64,000 nt of DNA, from NCBI GenBank assembly GCA_963849325.1, contig CAWKHF010000012.1, forward strand, positions 896,001 to 960,000. The letters are read 5' to 3'. The position numbers and the translations under genes were made by a program. Positions 1 to 10,265 of the stretch are shown here, piece after piece; positions within the stretch are counted from its first letter, which is position 1, and every line of letters begins with the position of its first letter. A model generated the notes under the pieces. It made no database searches. It was given only the letters and a program-made list of their open reading frames with translations, and was not told where the DNA came from. The stretch comes from an uncultured Planctomycetota bacterium. GTDB lineage: Bacteria; Planctomycetota; Planctomycetia; Gemmatales; Gemmataceae.

Positions 1-263
1 GGCGGACCCTCCCGTGATGCTTCCCGGCACGAAGAGCGACAAACTCTCTACCCTGTACGATCCACTGGAGAGGGAGATTATTCCCGAAGGGAGCAGGAAG
101 GCTTGCGTCCAGGATGATCGGAGGAAAGGCACGACTTTCGCGGAGAGATTTTCCGATCTTGCTGGTAGAGTGAAGGAGTAACGCTTATAGTTTTGGTATT
201 GTCGTGCAACCGAACGAGAGGGCGGCGAACGCCGTCCCCATCGACCGCGCCGGGGGAGCCGTC

Positions 264-2114
264 ATGCCCGTGCAAGTGAAGTGCCCTTCGTGTTCGACCG
301 TCTTGAGGTTACCCGACGCTCTGCCGGCTGGCGGCTCCGTTCGCTGCCCCAAGTGCAAGACCGTCCTGCGCGTGCCGGGCAAGACGCCGGCGTCCCAACC
401 TGCGCCGGCGCCGGCCAAGCCGCCGGCATCACGGGTCCAGGCGACGCCCCCGTCCGCCCCCAAGGCCGCCGTGAAGCGGCCGGCCTCGCCGTCGATTCAA
501 CCCACTCTCGCCAAAGCGCCGCCACGCATCGCCTCGGAAGCCAACGATGTCACCACGACAAAGACGGGGTCGAAGAAGGGTCTTCTCTTCGGCATCCTGG
601 GCTGCGCCGGCTTGCTCTTCCTCGTCTGCGGCGGCACTATCACCTATGGGGTTTACCGGCTCTACAGGGGTGGCAAGGAATTCGTTCAAGAAGTCAGGAA
701 CCAGGTAGAGCAGGCGGCCCAGAAGAAAAAGACCGTGGATGTCGCCTTTATCCACGCCGATTGCAACTCCGCCATCGTCTTTCAGCTCGCTCGCATTCAC
801 CAGTCCAAGTCGTCCCTGCTGCCGCCGCCGGACAAGCTCGACAAACTGGTTGACGAGACGATCAAGGAGACCGGCATCGACCTGCGTAAAGTCGAGCAGT
901 TGATCGCGGTGACGGAGCCAATTCCGCAAGGGGAAAAGCCGGCCGATCCGCGGGCAAGTCGCCGGCCGCCGCCCGGCTGGCGCACCTACTCGTCCGCCGA
1001 CGGTCGCTTCTCCGTTTTCTTTCCCTCGGCCCCCAAGGTCAGCAAAAGCCGCGACGCCCAGGGCACGGCGACCCAGAATTACCAGGCGACGGCCCGAGGC
1101 GGACTACTCAATTACCAGGTCGTTTGCACCGATCCGCCCAAGGGAACTCCGGCGGCCCCCGCCCAATTCTATTTCGATCAGCTGGCGGCCGCGTTCGGCC
1201 CCTCCGTCAAGGGCAAGAAACCGATCGAGCAGAACGGCCTGCGCGGCATGGAATTCGACATGGAGATGAAGCAAGGCCGGATCACCGTCAAGATGATCAA
1301 TCGCGCGTTCGTCGTCGGCACGCGCCTCTATCAGGTGACGGCGTTCGCTCCCAAGGGCCAGGAAAATGCCGTCCAGTTCCGCGCCTACCTCGATTCGTTC
1401 CAACCGCAGTCGTCCGGCGGCAGCGAGGATGCGCCCCTCCGCGGCGCCGGCATCGTGCGCTTCACGGAGTCCGTCAATGGCCGGCAGGTGCTGGATCAGC
1501 TCTTGAAACAATCCGAGGAGGCCAACGCCGCGGGCAAGACCTACTACCGCAGTAAGTCGGAGAAGGCGGCCGGTGCGCCGCTGGCCGGACACGTGGCCGA
1601 CGAGCGCACTCTCGTCGTGGCGCCCGAGCCGATGCTCCGGAAGATGCTCGCCGCCCCGAACGTGCCGACGCCGCTCCGGGACAAGCTACGCGAGTTCGAG
1701 TTGGACAACGATGTCTTCGGCGTGACCGTGGTCGAACCGTTCAAGGCCCAACTCAAGGAGTCGCTGCAAGCCGCCGACCTCCCGCCCCAGCTGGCCAAAC
1801 TGAAATCGATCGATCAAGACCTGGTCGCCGTCCGGCTTATCGCCAACCTCAACAGCGATAAGCTCCTGCAAGTCACGCTCGAAGGCAAGAATGAACAATC
1901 CGCGAGCAATCTGGAGGAAACGTCGAAGAACGCCCTCGACATGGGCAAGGCGTTCTACCCCTTCCTCAAAGGACAGGTGCAGAAAGACGTGCCGCCCGAA
2001 TGGACCGACCTGGTGAACGAATACTTCAAGGTGATGGACCAGATTTTGACGGGCGGCATTAAGGTGACGAAGGAAGGCAAGAACGTCGTCCTGACGCTGG
2101 AGAAGCCTCACTAA
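264..2114 (+). CDS. Zinc-ribbon (MJ0042-like finger) membrane protein with a Pro-rich linker, one TM helix and a large periplasmic part containing a PsbP-like segment
   Basis: N-terminal CPSC...CPKC, Pro/Ala-rich linker, hydrophobic helix GLLFGILGCAGLLFLVCGG, segment WRTYSSADGRFSVFFP. ATG at 264 follows GGGAG. Confidence 0.75.
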   Translation: MPVQVKCPSCSTVLRLPDALPAGGSVRCPKCKTVLRVPGKTPASQPAPAPAKPPASRVQATPPSAPKAAVKRPASPSIQPTLAKAPPRIASEANDVTTTKTGSKKGLLFGILGCAGLLFLVCGGTITYGVYRLYRGGKEFVQEVRNQVEQAAQKKKTVDVAFIHADCNSAIVFQLARIHQSKSSLLPPPDKLDKLVDETIKETGIDLRKVEQLIAVTEPIPQGEKPADPRASRRPPPGWRTYSSADGRFSVFFPSAPKVSKSRDAQGTATQNYQATARGGLLNYQVVCTDPPKGTPAAPAQFYFDQLAAAFGPSVKGKKPIEQNGLRGMEFDMEMKQGRITVKMINRAFVVGTRLYQVTAFAPKGQENAVQFRAYLDSFQPQSSGGSEDAPLRGAGIVRFTESVNGRQVLDQLLKQSEEANAAGKTYYRSKSEKAAGAPLAGHVADERTLVVAPEPMLRKMLAAPNVPTPLRDKLREFELDNDVFGVTVVEPFKAQLKESLQAADLPPQLAKLKSIDQDLVAVRLIANLNSDKLLQVTLEGKNEQSASNLEETSKNALDMGKAFYPFLKGQVQKDVPPEWTDLVNEYFKVMDQILTGGIKVTKEGKNVVLTLEKPH

Positions 2115-2173
2115 GTTCTAAGTTCTGAATGAAGGGCATTTGATTTTCACTCAGAACTCAGAACTCAGAACTT
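2111..2173. repeat. Inverted heptamer arrays, (AGTTCTR)2 and (TCAGAAC)3, between convergent genes
   Basis: CTAAGTTCTAAGTTCTGA at 2111-2128 and ACTCAGAACTCAGAACTCAGAACTT at 2149-2173. Confidence 0.75.
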
Positions 2174-2176
2174 CGG

Positions 2177-5100
2177 TTATTTCGCCACGCGCAGCAGCAC
2201 CGACCGGGCTGCGTGCTCGCTGTTCTTGCCCTCGCGCCGCGCCAGCACCACGAACGGATGGCTTGTCGCGCTAACCCACGGCTCAGCGGAAATCACAATC
2301 GTCCTGCTCGTCTCCTGCGGCGTGATGAGGATGCCGTTGAGTCCGATGTCGAGTACGCGGACGCCGTGCGGCAACCCTTTCACGTCCAGCGGAATCCGAC
2401 CTCGAAAGCCGTTGCGCCGCTCGACCGTCACGGTCAGGCGCACCTCGCCGCCCGGCTTGACGGTGACTTCCGTCTGTCCCGTCGTCGTCACGATGTCGCC
2501 CGGCTCGATGACCTTCGGAACTCCGCCCGTTGCCTCGCGTACCATTTCCTTGCTGTCGAAGACGGCGCGAGCGATCAGCTTCAGGGGCGGCGCCTTGGCC
2601 GGGATAGTGGCAGTCGTCTCGGCGTAGAGAGCGAAGCTGGTGCTGTTTTCGTGGGCCGGAATGGTCGTGACCGGGGCGTGGAAGCCCGGCGGCAGGTCCA
2701 CCAGGCGGACCTCGATCGGTCCCTCGAAATCGTCATGGCGGTCGGCGATGACGTTGATGGCGACGGCGCCGCCCTTGTGGACGGTCGGCGCGATTGGGCC
2801 GAAGTTGACGGTGAAGCTCTGCCGCGGCGGACGCACGGTCAACTGGTAGGCGTAGTGAGGCCCACCCTGCCCGCGGGCGTCGCCGATACGCACCTGGTAT
2901 ACGCCGTCGGCGGGCGGGTCGAAGACGAGCCGCGAGTCCTTGCCGAAGGCGCCGCCGCCGTCGTCATTGCGATAATACAGAGTGACAATGGGCAGACCGT
3001 TCGCCGGGAAGGTCGTGCCGGGTGGATGGATCGACACCTTGTACATCGGCTGACCGAGGGGATGGAACGTCGGCGTGGTGCCGAGGTAGCCGCGCCGCCG
3101 ACCGCCGAGGCTCCAGAACTGGCAATCGTCGTCGGGGTTCTTCGGCAGCGCCCAGATGCGCAGCAACTCGTTGCCCAGGAGCATGTAATCGTCCATGGCC
3201 AGCTCGCTCCACGTCTCGATACGGATGCCCGTCGAGTTGGAATCGTGGTCGCGGAAGGTGGCATATGTTTTGGCAAGGCTGCGGAGCGTGGCGCGGGGCA
3301 GGAGCCGGCCTTTGTCGTCGAATACCTCGATCACCGAGTCGAGCGGCGAGCCGATCCGTCGTGCATTCACTTCCAGCAGGAAACGCTGTCCCTTGTTCGC
3401 CCGGAAGCGCCAGGTCTGTGTCGCGCCCGGCTGTCCGATGCGGCCGTTGGCCGTGCCGGGCACGGGAAGCGCCGCTCCTTCCACCGAGGAAGAGACTTGC
3501 GGGAACTCCTCGACCAGGACCGTCGGATTGCCGAGGGCCTTGATCGCCAGCGGCACCGGCAAGCGCGAAGCAAGGGCGGCGTTGTCCGGCGCCTTCACAC
3601 GCACGGAGCGAATGGGACCGAGATTGACGCCTTGCAAATGGATGTCCGCTTCCGTGCCGCGTTGCAGCCCGAGCGGAAAGACACTGCCGACAATGGGGAG
3701 TTCGCCGGTCTCCAATCGATACTTCATGCTGGGATCACCGCGATACTCGCGGTCGCGGATGCCGAGGGCGTACCACCCCGCCTGGACGCAAATGTGGCCG
3801 AGCAAGCCGTTGGTGCTCTCGGCCAGAACGTGGCCGTCGGCGTCGATCAGTTGCAGTACCACGTCGAGCTTGGCCTTGTCGGCCGGCTGCACGCGCACGC
3901 CGACCTCCTGGCCTTTCCGCCCCTCGAAGCGGTAATAATCCACGTCGCCGGCCCGGCCGATGCTGCCGATCACGGTCGCCGGCAGCCGGATCGGCTGCCC
4001 GGTACGCGGCGAATCGTTCGGCTCCTTCTCGCCGACGGGAGGCCGAGGTTTGATCGGCAGCGGTTCGGCCTGCGCTTTGCCGGTCGCCGCGTCGAGCAAG
4101 ACGAGAACACCATCGTAACGCCCCAGCGCCAGCTGCTTGCCGTCGGGACGAATGGCGAGACGGAGGGCCGTTTCGGGCTGCCGGTCGAACACACGGCGTT
4201 CGACCATGTTCGCGGTGTCCCACGCCTTGACGGTACGGTCCTCGCCGAGCGAGTACAGCGTCTTGCCGTCGGCGGCGTAGGCCAGGCGGACGACCGGCGC
4301 TTCGTGAGCGAAAACGGAATGCACAACTTTGCCGCCCTCGGCGGAGACCTGCCAGACGCGAATGCTTTTGTCCACGCCGGCCGCCGCCAGGTGCCGCCCA
4401 TCGGGACTCCAGGCGACGGCATAGACCCAGTCGGTGGACTCGCCCAGCGTGTACAGCCGCCTGCCGCTCGCCACGTCCCACACCTTGACAGCACGATCCG
4501 CCGCCACCGAGGCCAGCAGCTTGCCGTCCGGGCTGAAGGCGATGCCATACACGGAATCGCTGTGGTCCTTCAGGACGCGCAGCTCTTTCTTCACCGGCGA
4601 GGCCACGTCCCACAGTTTGATGAGCCGATCGTATCCGCAGCTCGCCAGCAACTTGCCGTCGGGACTGAAGGCGATGTCGTGAATGACGTCCGGATGTGTG
4701 TTGACGACGATCTCACCCGCCACGCTGGGGATGGCCCCCTCGGTGAAGTCATGGAGGCGAACTTCATGGACTTCGCCCATCGCACTGCTGGCGACGGCAA
4801 GCTGCTTGCCGTCGGGCCGAAACGCCAGGGCCGTCACGCGCGGATGCTGCCGCTCCACCTTCGCCAGCAAATCGCCCGTGGCGGTATCGAACAGGTAGAC
4901 CAGGCCGCGACCGCCGGCCGCGAGGACATGCCCGTCGGGATGATAGGCCAGCGCGGCGACGGGAGCGGCGACCGGCGCTTTCGGGCGAATGTCCGGGACG
5001 GTGACGCGGACGGCGCCGTCCTCCTTCGCCCCCGCATCGATCCAAGCCCGCAGCAGGGCGACCTCCTCGGGGCGCGGCTGCTTCTCCTTCTTGGGCGGCA

Positions 5101-5377
5101 TGAACGGCTTTTCCTTATGCTCGACCAGGCGGACGATGCGGCTGGCGTCGGCCTTACCAGGCGTGAGCACCGTGCCCTTGTCGCCGCCTTCGAGCAGCGA
5201 CTTGTACGTCTCCAGGTCCAGGCCGCCCTTGGGTTCGTCGCTGTTGTGGCATTCCGAGCAGTAACGGGCGAAGAACGGCTTGATCTGTTTGGCGTAGCTC
5301 GTCGTTTCCGCGCGGGATGAGGTAGGCGTGAGAGCCGCGAACAGAGCAGCCAGAAGAGAAAAGCGAAGGAAGCGCAT
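2177..5377 (-). CDS. Secreted protein with a planctomycete cytochrome c domain, WD40 repeats and PPC-like domains
   Basis: Signal peptide, CSECH heme motif followed by MPP and WIDAGA, repeated AFSPDG...D..VKVWD WD40 units, GDVDYYRF PPC-like motif. Confidence 0.9.
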   Translation of the reverse strand: MRFLRFSLLAALFAALTPTSSRAETTSYAKQIKPFFARYCSECHNSDEPKGGLDLETYKSLLEGGDKGTVLTPGKADASRIVRLVEHKEKPFMPPKKEKQPRPEEVALLRAWIDAGAKEDGAVRVTVPDIRPKAPVAAPVAALAYHPDGHVLAAGGRGLVYLFDTATGDLLAKVERQHPRVTALAFRPDGKQLAVASSAMGEVHEVRLHDFTEGAIPSVAGEIVVNTHPDVIHDIAFSPDGKLLASCGYDRLIKLWDVASPVKKELRVLKDHSDSVYGIAFSPDGKLLASVAADRAVKVWDVASGRRLYTLGESTDWVYAVAWSPDGRHLAAAGVDKSIRVWQVSAEGGKVVHSVFAHEAPVVRLAYAADGKTLYSLGEDRTVKAWDTANMVERRVFDRQPETALRLAIRPDGKQLALGRYDGVLVLLDAATGKAQAEPLPIKPRPPVGEKEPNDSPRTGQPIRLPATVIGSIGRAGDVDYYRFEGRKGQEVGVRVQPADKAKLDVVLQLIDADGHVLAESTNGLLGHICVQAGWYALGIRDREYRGDPSMKYRLETGELPIVGSVFPLGLQRGTEADIHLQGVNLGPIRSVRVKAPDNAALASRLPVPLAIKALGNPTVLVEEFPQVSSSVEGAALPVPGTANGRIGQPGATQTWRFRANKGQRFLLEVNARRIGSPLDSVIEVFDDKGRLLPRATLRSLAKTYATFRDHDSNSTGIRIETWSELAMDDYMLLGNELLRIWALPKNPDDDCQFWSLGGRRRGYLGTTPTFHPLGQPMYKVSIHPPGTTFPANGLPIVTLYYRNDDGGGAFGKDSRLVFDPPADGVYQVRIGDARGQGGPHYAYQLTVRPPRQSFTVNFGPIAPTVHKGGAVAINVIADRHDDFEGPIEVRLVDLPPGFHAPVTTIPAHENSTSFALYAETTATIPAKAPPLKLIARAVFDSKEMVREATGGVPKVIEPGDIVTTTGQTEVTVKPGGEVRLTVTVERRNGFRGRIPLDVKGLPHGVRVLDIGLNGILITPQETSRTIVISAEPWVSATSHPFVVLARREGKNSEHAARSVLLRVAK

Positions 5378-5515
5378 GATGATATGTCTCAGTTTTTTTC
5401 GTTAGCCCAGCCCTTCAGAGGATATTGCATCCGCTCGGCGATTGCAACGCAACGCTTTCTCGGGAAAAAACCGGAGAGGTTTCCTCATTCCTCTCGGATG
5501 GAGGCGCCTCCCCTC

Positions 5516-6130
5516 TCAGGGTAGTTGGGCCACAAGTCCGGTGAGCGGGTCGAAGACATCGATGCGCGAAGTGGTCAGGAATCGAGATGGGAAAAGAACA
5601 AGGCAATCGTGACCAGGGTTTGTGGCGGATGGATACACAATTCCCTCGAAGTGGCCATCGTGGAACACCGCGTCTCCCAGCACTTGCGTCGGAGCATTCG
5701 GGACTCCCTTCCAGGGCGCGAGGATTTCGGTAACCGCCTGGATGCCGAGTTGGAGACGAGTGAGTGGGTCGCGGAGGTCCAAGAGACGGGATGCGCGAAC
5801 GTGGGCGCCAATCATCGCGACGGGATCGGGACGCAGTCCGCCCGCCGCCAAGAGCGCCTGCCCGGCAGGGGTCGTAGCCGCCTGGTAGTACGGTTGGTTT
5901 CCCTCTCGATGAGCGGTGTCCGCATCGAGCGCGGCGTACAGGGCAGCCGGTCCATTGGGGCGGACAAACCGACTGCCGTAGGCCCCTCCCGCCGCGGCGA
6001 GCAAGGGTTGCACCGTGGCGAAGTTCGAGAAGTGGCGGAGGTGGATGGATCGAAAGATGATGGCGGCAAGGGGGATGGCCTGCGGTCGGGCTGCCGCGAT
6101 CGCCCCAGCGAGGCGGGGCGGGTTAAGCAT
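5516..6130 (-). CDS. RES-domain toxin (putative NAD+ phosphorylase family)
   Basis: FRS, GSRF, ALYAALDADTAHRE, LLDLRD, TQVLG and GIVYPSA..NPG..CLVLF match the RES-domain pattern. Start overlaps the upstream antitoxin stop. Confidence 0.8.
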   Translation of the reverse strand: MLNPPRLAGAIAAARPQAIPLAAIIFRSIHLRHFSNFATVQPLLAAAGGAYGSRFVRPNGPAALYAALDADTAHREGNQPYYQAATTPAGQALLAAGGLRPDPVAMIGAHVRASRLLDLRDPLTRLQLGIQAVTEILAPWKGVPNAPTQVLGDAVFHDGHFEGIVYPSATNPGHDCLVLFPSRFLTTSRIDVFDPLTGLVAQLP

Positions 6131-6542
6131 AGATCGGGCTCGATCCCCACTGCGATTCCAGCGTCCCTAGTACCATTTTCGCCTGCCCCTTGCGAATGGC
6201 ATCCAGAGGGGTCGTCTCGAAGCCTGCCCCTGGACTAACGAGCCACACAAGGGCGGCGGCGTCGGAGCCAAGGTGCTCGGCCAAGAGTTTCCGCATGCGC
6301 TGGAATACGCGCCGATCTTCCGGGCTGAGACCGTCTGCTATCTCGTCGATCTGGGCCTCATCTGGGATGCCGGCCACTGGCGCGATAGACCTATCCTCCA
6401 AAGAGGAAACCGTCGACGGGGCCGGCGATTGTTTACCTGTCTTTCGCCCCCCTGTCTGCTTCGACGCCTTCTTGCCCGAAGAGACCGTGAGGGGATCTTT
6501 CTTCGGTGCTTTCGTCTTGCCGGATCGTTTGGCCTTGCCCAC
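6123..6542 (-). CDS. Xre/MbcA/ParS-type antitoxin (C-terminal toxin-binding domain)
   Basis: GSDAAALVWLVSP...TPLDAI..G...V...LES is typical of the MbcA/ParS C-terminus. GGAGG RBS; lies directly upstream of the RES gene. Confidence 0.75.
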   Translation of the reverse strand: MGKAKRSGKTKAPKKDPLTVSSGKKASKQTGGRKTGKQSPAPSTVSSLEDRSIAPVAGIPDEAQIDEIADGLSPEDRRVFQRMRKLLAEHLGSDAAALVWLVSPGAGFETTPLDAIRKGQAKMVLGTLESQWGSSPIYA

Positions 6543-6607
6543 TGTTCACCTCCTCCACGTCGATTGTATCCCGTTCGTATCGTTCGTTTGGAGGTCAATC
6601 GGAATCG

Positions 6608-9105
6608 TCAACGGTTGAACATGAACTCCTTCGAGGACAGCACGGCCCAGAACAGGTCTTGCAGCGCCTCGCGGCGTGTCGTCTTGGTATCGGCGGCCGC
6701 CTCGGCCAGCAGCACCTGAAACGTCTTCTGCTCCGTCGCCGTCGGCGGACGGCACAGGGCCAGCACGAACAAACGGCGTATCGCCTCGTCATCCGTCACC
6801 TTGTCGCGCAGCCACGTTTCGACGCGCGAACCCTTGGCCCGAATCTTGTCGTTGAGGGTTTGACCATTGTTCAGGTGCAGCGCCTGGCCAACGCTGGAAT
6901 CTTGCTGCCGTTCGCAGGAACACGTCTGGCGCGCTCGGGCCGGCCGAAGGCGTCGAGGAATCGCGACACCACCAGCGAGTCGGGCAGTTGCAGTGCCCGC
7001 GTACCGAGTGGATAACCGCTGTAATTGCTGGCGGAATCGCCGGCGGCCGAGCTGACTTTCGTGAACGACGTCGGCACGCCCGTCACTTCCGAGTAGGCGT
7101 CGAGGATGACCTCGGCCGGCAGGCGGCGGATCAGGTAGTGCGAGTAAAAGCGATCGTCACCCTTGTTGGCCGGCAGCGGCCGCGACGAACGCTGGTAGCT
7201 CGCCGAGTTCAGGATGGTGCGGATCAGGTGCTTGACATCGTACTTGTGAGCGATGAAGTCCTTGGCCAGGGCGTCGAGTAACTCGGGGTTGGTCGGCGGA
7301 TTGGTCTGGCGCAGGTCGTCCTCGGCCTCGACCAAGCCGCGTCCCATGAAGTTGCGCCAGACGCGATTGACCAGCGCCTTGGCGAAATACGGATTGTCCG
7401 CCGCCGTCAGCCAGTCGGCGAGATAGGCACGGCGATCGACGGGGCTGTCCAGTGACAGTGGCTTGCCATCAAGAGGCGCCGGCGGCATGGGCACACCGCG
7501 GCGCAGGTGCGGCACGTCGCCGGACGGCAACGATTGCACGTTGACGTCGCCGGAGCGCTCGCCATTCTTGAGGGCCACACGCGCGAACAGGTTGGCCATG
7601 CTCCAGTATTGGTCCTGCGTCCACTTCTCCAGCGGATGATTGTGGCAGCGACAGCAGGTGATCGACATGCCCAGGAAGGTCACGGCGGTCGCTTCGGTCA
7701 GGTCGGTGATGTCCTTGTGCAGCACGAAATAGTTGGCGGCGCCGTTGTCGAGACTGCCGCCGCTGGCCGTGACGATGTCGCGGGCAAAACGGTCCCACGG
7801 TTTGTTGTCCGCGACACTCTGACGGACGAACTGGTAGAACGACCACACGGCCGGTTGCGGCAGGCGGCGCGTGGTGATGAGCAGCATGTCCGACCACTTG
7901 TACGTCCAGTAATCGACGTACTCCGGCCGTTCCAACAGAGCATCGATCAACCGTGCCCGCTTGCCCGGCGACTTGTCGGCGAGAAACTTCTGTAACTCTT
8001 CCGGCCTGGGCAGGATGCCCGCCGCGTCGAGATAGGCCCGGCGCAGGAACTCGGCATCAGTACAAACCGGCGATGGTGGGATGCGCAGCGCTTCCAGCTT
8101 TCGCAGGACCAGTTCGTCGATGAAATTATGCTTCTCCGCCGAGGTGAATATCTTGGGATCGATGGCGCCCGGCAACGGCGAGGCGATGCGATTGGCGGCG
8201 ACGAGGTTGGAGTACCAGACCGTGATGGCCGCCTCTCCGTGGCCGGCGACCTGGACCAGACCATCGGCGTTGACGGTGGCGACGAGGTCTTCGCTGCTGT
8301 TGAACTTGGCCCAGCGCGTCACGTCTTCGGAATGACCGTCGGAGTACCAGGCGCGGACGACGACTTGTAGCGTGTCCTTGGGCTGGAGGACCGCCGCGGC
8401 CGGCAGCACTTCCAGGCGTTGAATACGAGGGTCGTCGGCGCGCGGTGCCGGCGCCCCGGCGGCGATCCAGTCGGCCAGGACGTGGTAGTCCGCCGAGCCA
8501 GTCTCGATCTTCTGTCCGCCGCCGTGCGGCATCGTCTGCGTCGGCTTGAGCAGGACCAGACTGCGGGCCGGCTCGCTGCGATCGACGCGCCGCCCCAGCG
8601 CCTGCCGCGTCAGTGCGAAATGATCGCTATGCGGGTCGAAGCCGCGTAGTGACAGCTTGAGTCCGCCCTTGCCGGCGAGGGCGCCGTGACAGGATCCGGA
8701 GTTGCAGCCTGTTCGCGTCATCATGGGAATGACGTGATTGCGGAAGCTCCAGCTGAACGGTTCCTTGACCTTGCGAACGGTTACTTTCACGCTGGCTTGC
8801 CGATCGGCGACGACGGCGGTGATCGTCGCCTCGCCATCGTCGGCCGCGCGCACGATACCATTAGCATCTACACTCGCCGCAGCCGGATTGGAGGATGTGA
8901 ACTTCGCCTGCAATGTTCGCTCGCCGACGACTCGTCCGTCTTCCTCGGCAACGACCAGCAGGCGCTGGCTGGCGTGCGGCCCGGTCAGCGTGATGTCCGC
9001 GGGCCGAATCTTCAACTCGGAAGCCACGAGCACAGACGGAGAGAGAGAAAAGCAAAGGCCGATGACGGCCGAACAACAAATGGTGTTCCGCATGATGCGT
9101 CTCAT
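6608..9105 (-). CDS. DUF1549/DUF1553 protein with Ig-like (Big_2) domains; one apparent frameshift near 6930
   Basis: GCNSGSCHG, FLRRAYLD, CCRCHNHP, VNRVWRNFMGRGLV. The C-terminus (QALHLNNG...DLFWAVLSSKEFMFNR) continues in another frame to 6608. Confidence 0.88.
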
Positions 9106-9128
9106 TGCAAATCCGAACCGGAAGCGTA

Positions 9129-9182
9129 AATCCGAGCCTGAAGCGTAAGCGAAGTTCTTCGCTTACGCTTCAGGCTCGGATT
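9129..9182. repeat. REP-like perfect palindrome (26-bp arms)
   Basis: AATCCGAGCCTGAAGCGTAAGCGAAG-TT-CTTCGCTTACGCTTCAGGCTCGGATT, with a degenerate partial copy at about 9110-9129. Confidence 0.85.
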
Positions 9183-10252
9183 GATCTTGTTTTATCCTTT
9201 CGACTTGGCGGCGCGTTCGGGCGCAGCGAGCGGACGACAGTGCCGGCCTGCCACATTTCGCTGTCGGCGACCTCTTTCAACTCTTTTTCGAGCTGTTGGC
9301 GATAATCGCTGCGGCTGTTGGCTTCCAGCACGCGCCGCGTCTCGTCGCCCTCGGCCACCTTGCGATACAGTTCCTCGAACACCGGCCGGGCGGCGTCGCG
9401 GAAGTGCCGAAACCAGTCCAGAGCGCCGCGCTGCGCCGTCGTCGAACAGTTGGCGTACATCCAATCCATGCCGTTCTCGGCGATGAGCGGATACAGGCTC
9501 TGCGTCGCCTCCTCGACCGTCTCGTTGAACGCCTCCGACGGCGAATGGCCGTGCTCGCGCAAGACCTCGTACTGCGCCAGCCACAATCCGTAAATCGCTC
9601 CCATCAGCACGCCGCGCTCGCCGGTCAGGTCGCTGAAGACTTCTTTCTGGAAGGTGGTCTCGAACAGGTAGCCGGAGCCGATGGCGATGCCCAGCGCCAG
9701 CGCTCGTTGTCGCGCCTTGCCGGTCGCGTCCTGGTGGATGGCGAAGCTGGCGTTGATGCCCTTGCCTTCGAGAAAGAGCCGCCGCACCGTCGTGCCCGAA
9801 CCCTTCGGCGCGACGAGAATGACATCGATGTCCTTGCTGGGCACGACGCCGGTCTGGTCGCTGTAGACAATGCTGAAGCCGTGCGAGAAGTACAGCGCCT
9901 TGCCTTTCGTCAGGTGCGGCTTGAGGGAGGGCCAGAATTCCTTCTGGCCGGCGTCAGAGAGGAGATACTGGATGATCGTGCCGCGCTTGGCCGCCTCTTC
10001 CAGCGGGAACAGTGTTTGTCCGGGCACCCAGCCATCCTGCACGGCCAGATCCCAGCTGCGCGTCTTCTCGCGCTGACCGACGATCACCTTGACGCCGTGG
10101 TCCTTCATGTTGAGCGATTGGCCGCGGCCCTGGACGCCGTAGCCGAGGACGGCGACCGTCTCGGGTCCGAGGATGGCTTGCAAGCGCTCGGGTGGATAAT
10201 CGGAGCGCTCCACCACGGTTTCCTTCACGTTCCCAATCTGAATCTGGCGCAT
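9170..10252 (-). CDS. ilvC: Ketol-acid reductoisomerase
   Basis: VLGYGVQGRGQSLN, YFSHGF, VAPKGSG, SDLTGERGVLMG, EAFNETVEE, NCSTTAQRGALDW. Confidence 0.95.
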   Translation of the reverse strand: MRQIQIGNVKETVVERSDYPPERLQAILGPETVAVLGYGVQGRGQSLNMKDHGVKVIVGQREKTRSWDLAVQDGWVPGQTLFPLEEAAKRGTIIQYLLSDAGQKEFWPSLKPHLTKGKALYFSHGFSIVYSDQTGVVPSKDIDVILVAPKGSGTTVRRLFLEGKGINASFAIHQDATGKARQRALALGIAIGSGYLFETTFQKEVFSDLTGERGVLMGAIYGLWLAQYEVLREHGHSPSEAFNETVEEATQSLYPLIAENGMDWMYANCSTTAQRGALDWFRHFRDAARPVFEELYRKVAEGDETRRVLEANSRSDYRQQLEKELKEVADSEMWQAGTVVRSLRPNAPPSRKDKTRSIRA

Positions 10253-10265
10253 GGATCTCTTCCCA

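Noticed and set aside
2-181. Open frame running in from the window edge (ADPPVMLPG...RVKE*)
   Set aside because: Too short and without motifs to call as a gene end.
2213-5320. 1035-aa plus-strand ORF, and many other long antisense ORFs (e.g. 9296-10354, 54451-56199)
   Set aside because: These are shadows of well-supported genes on the opposite strand, expected in high-GC DNA, and they carry no motifs.
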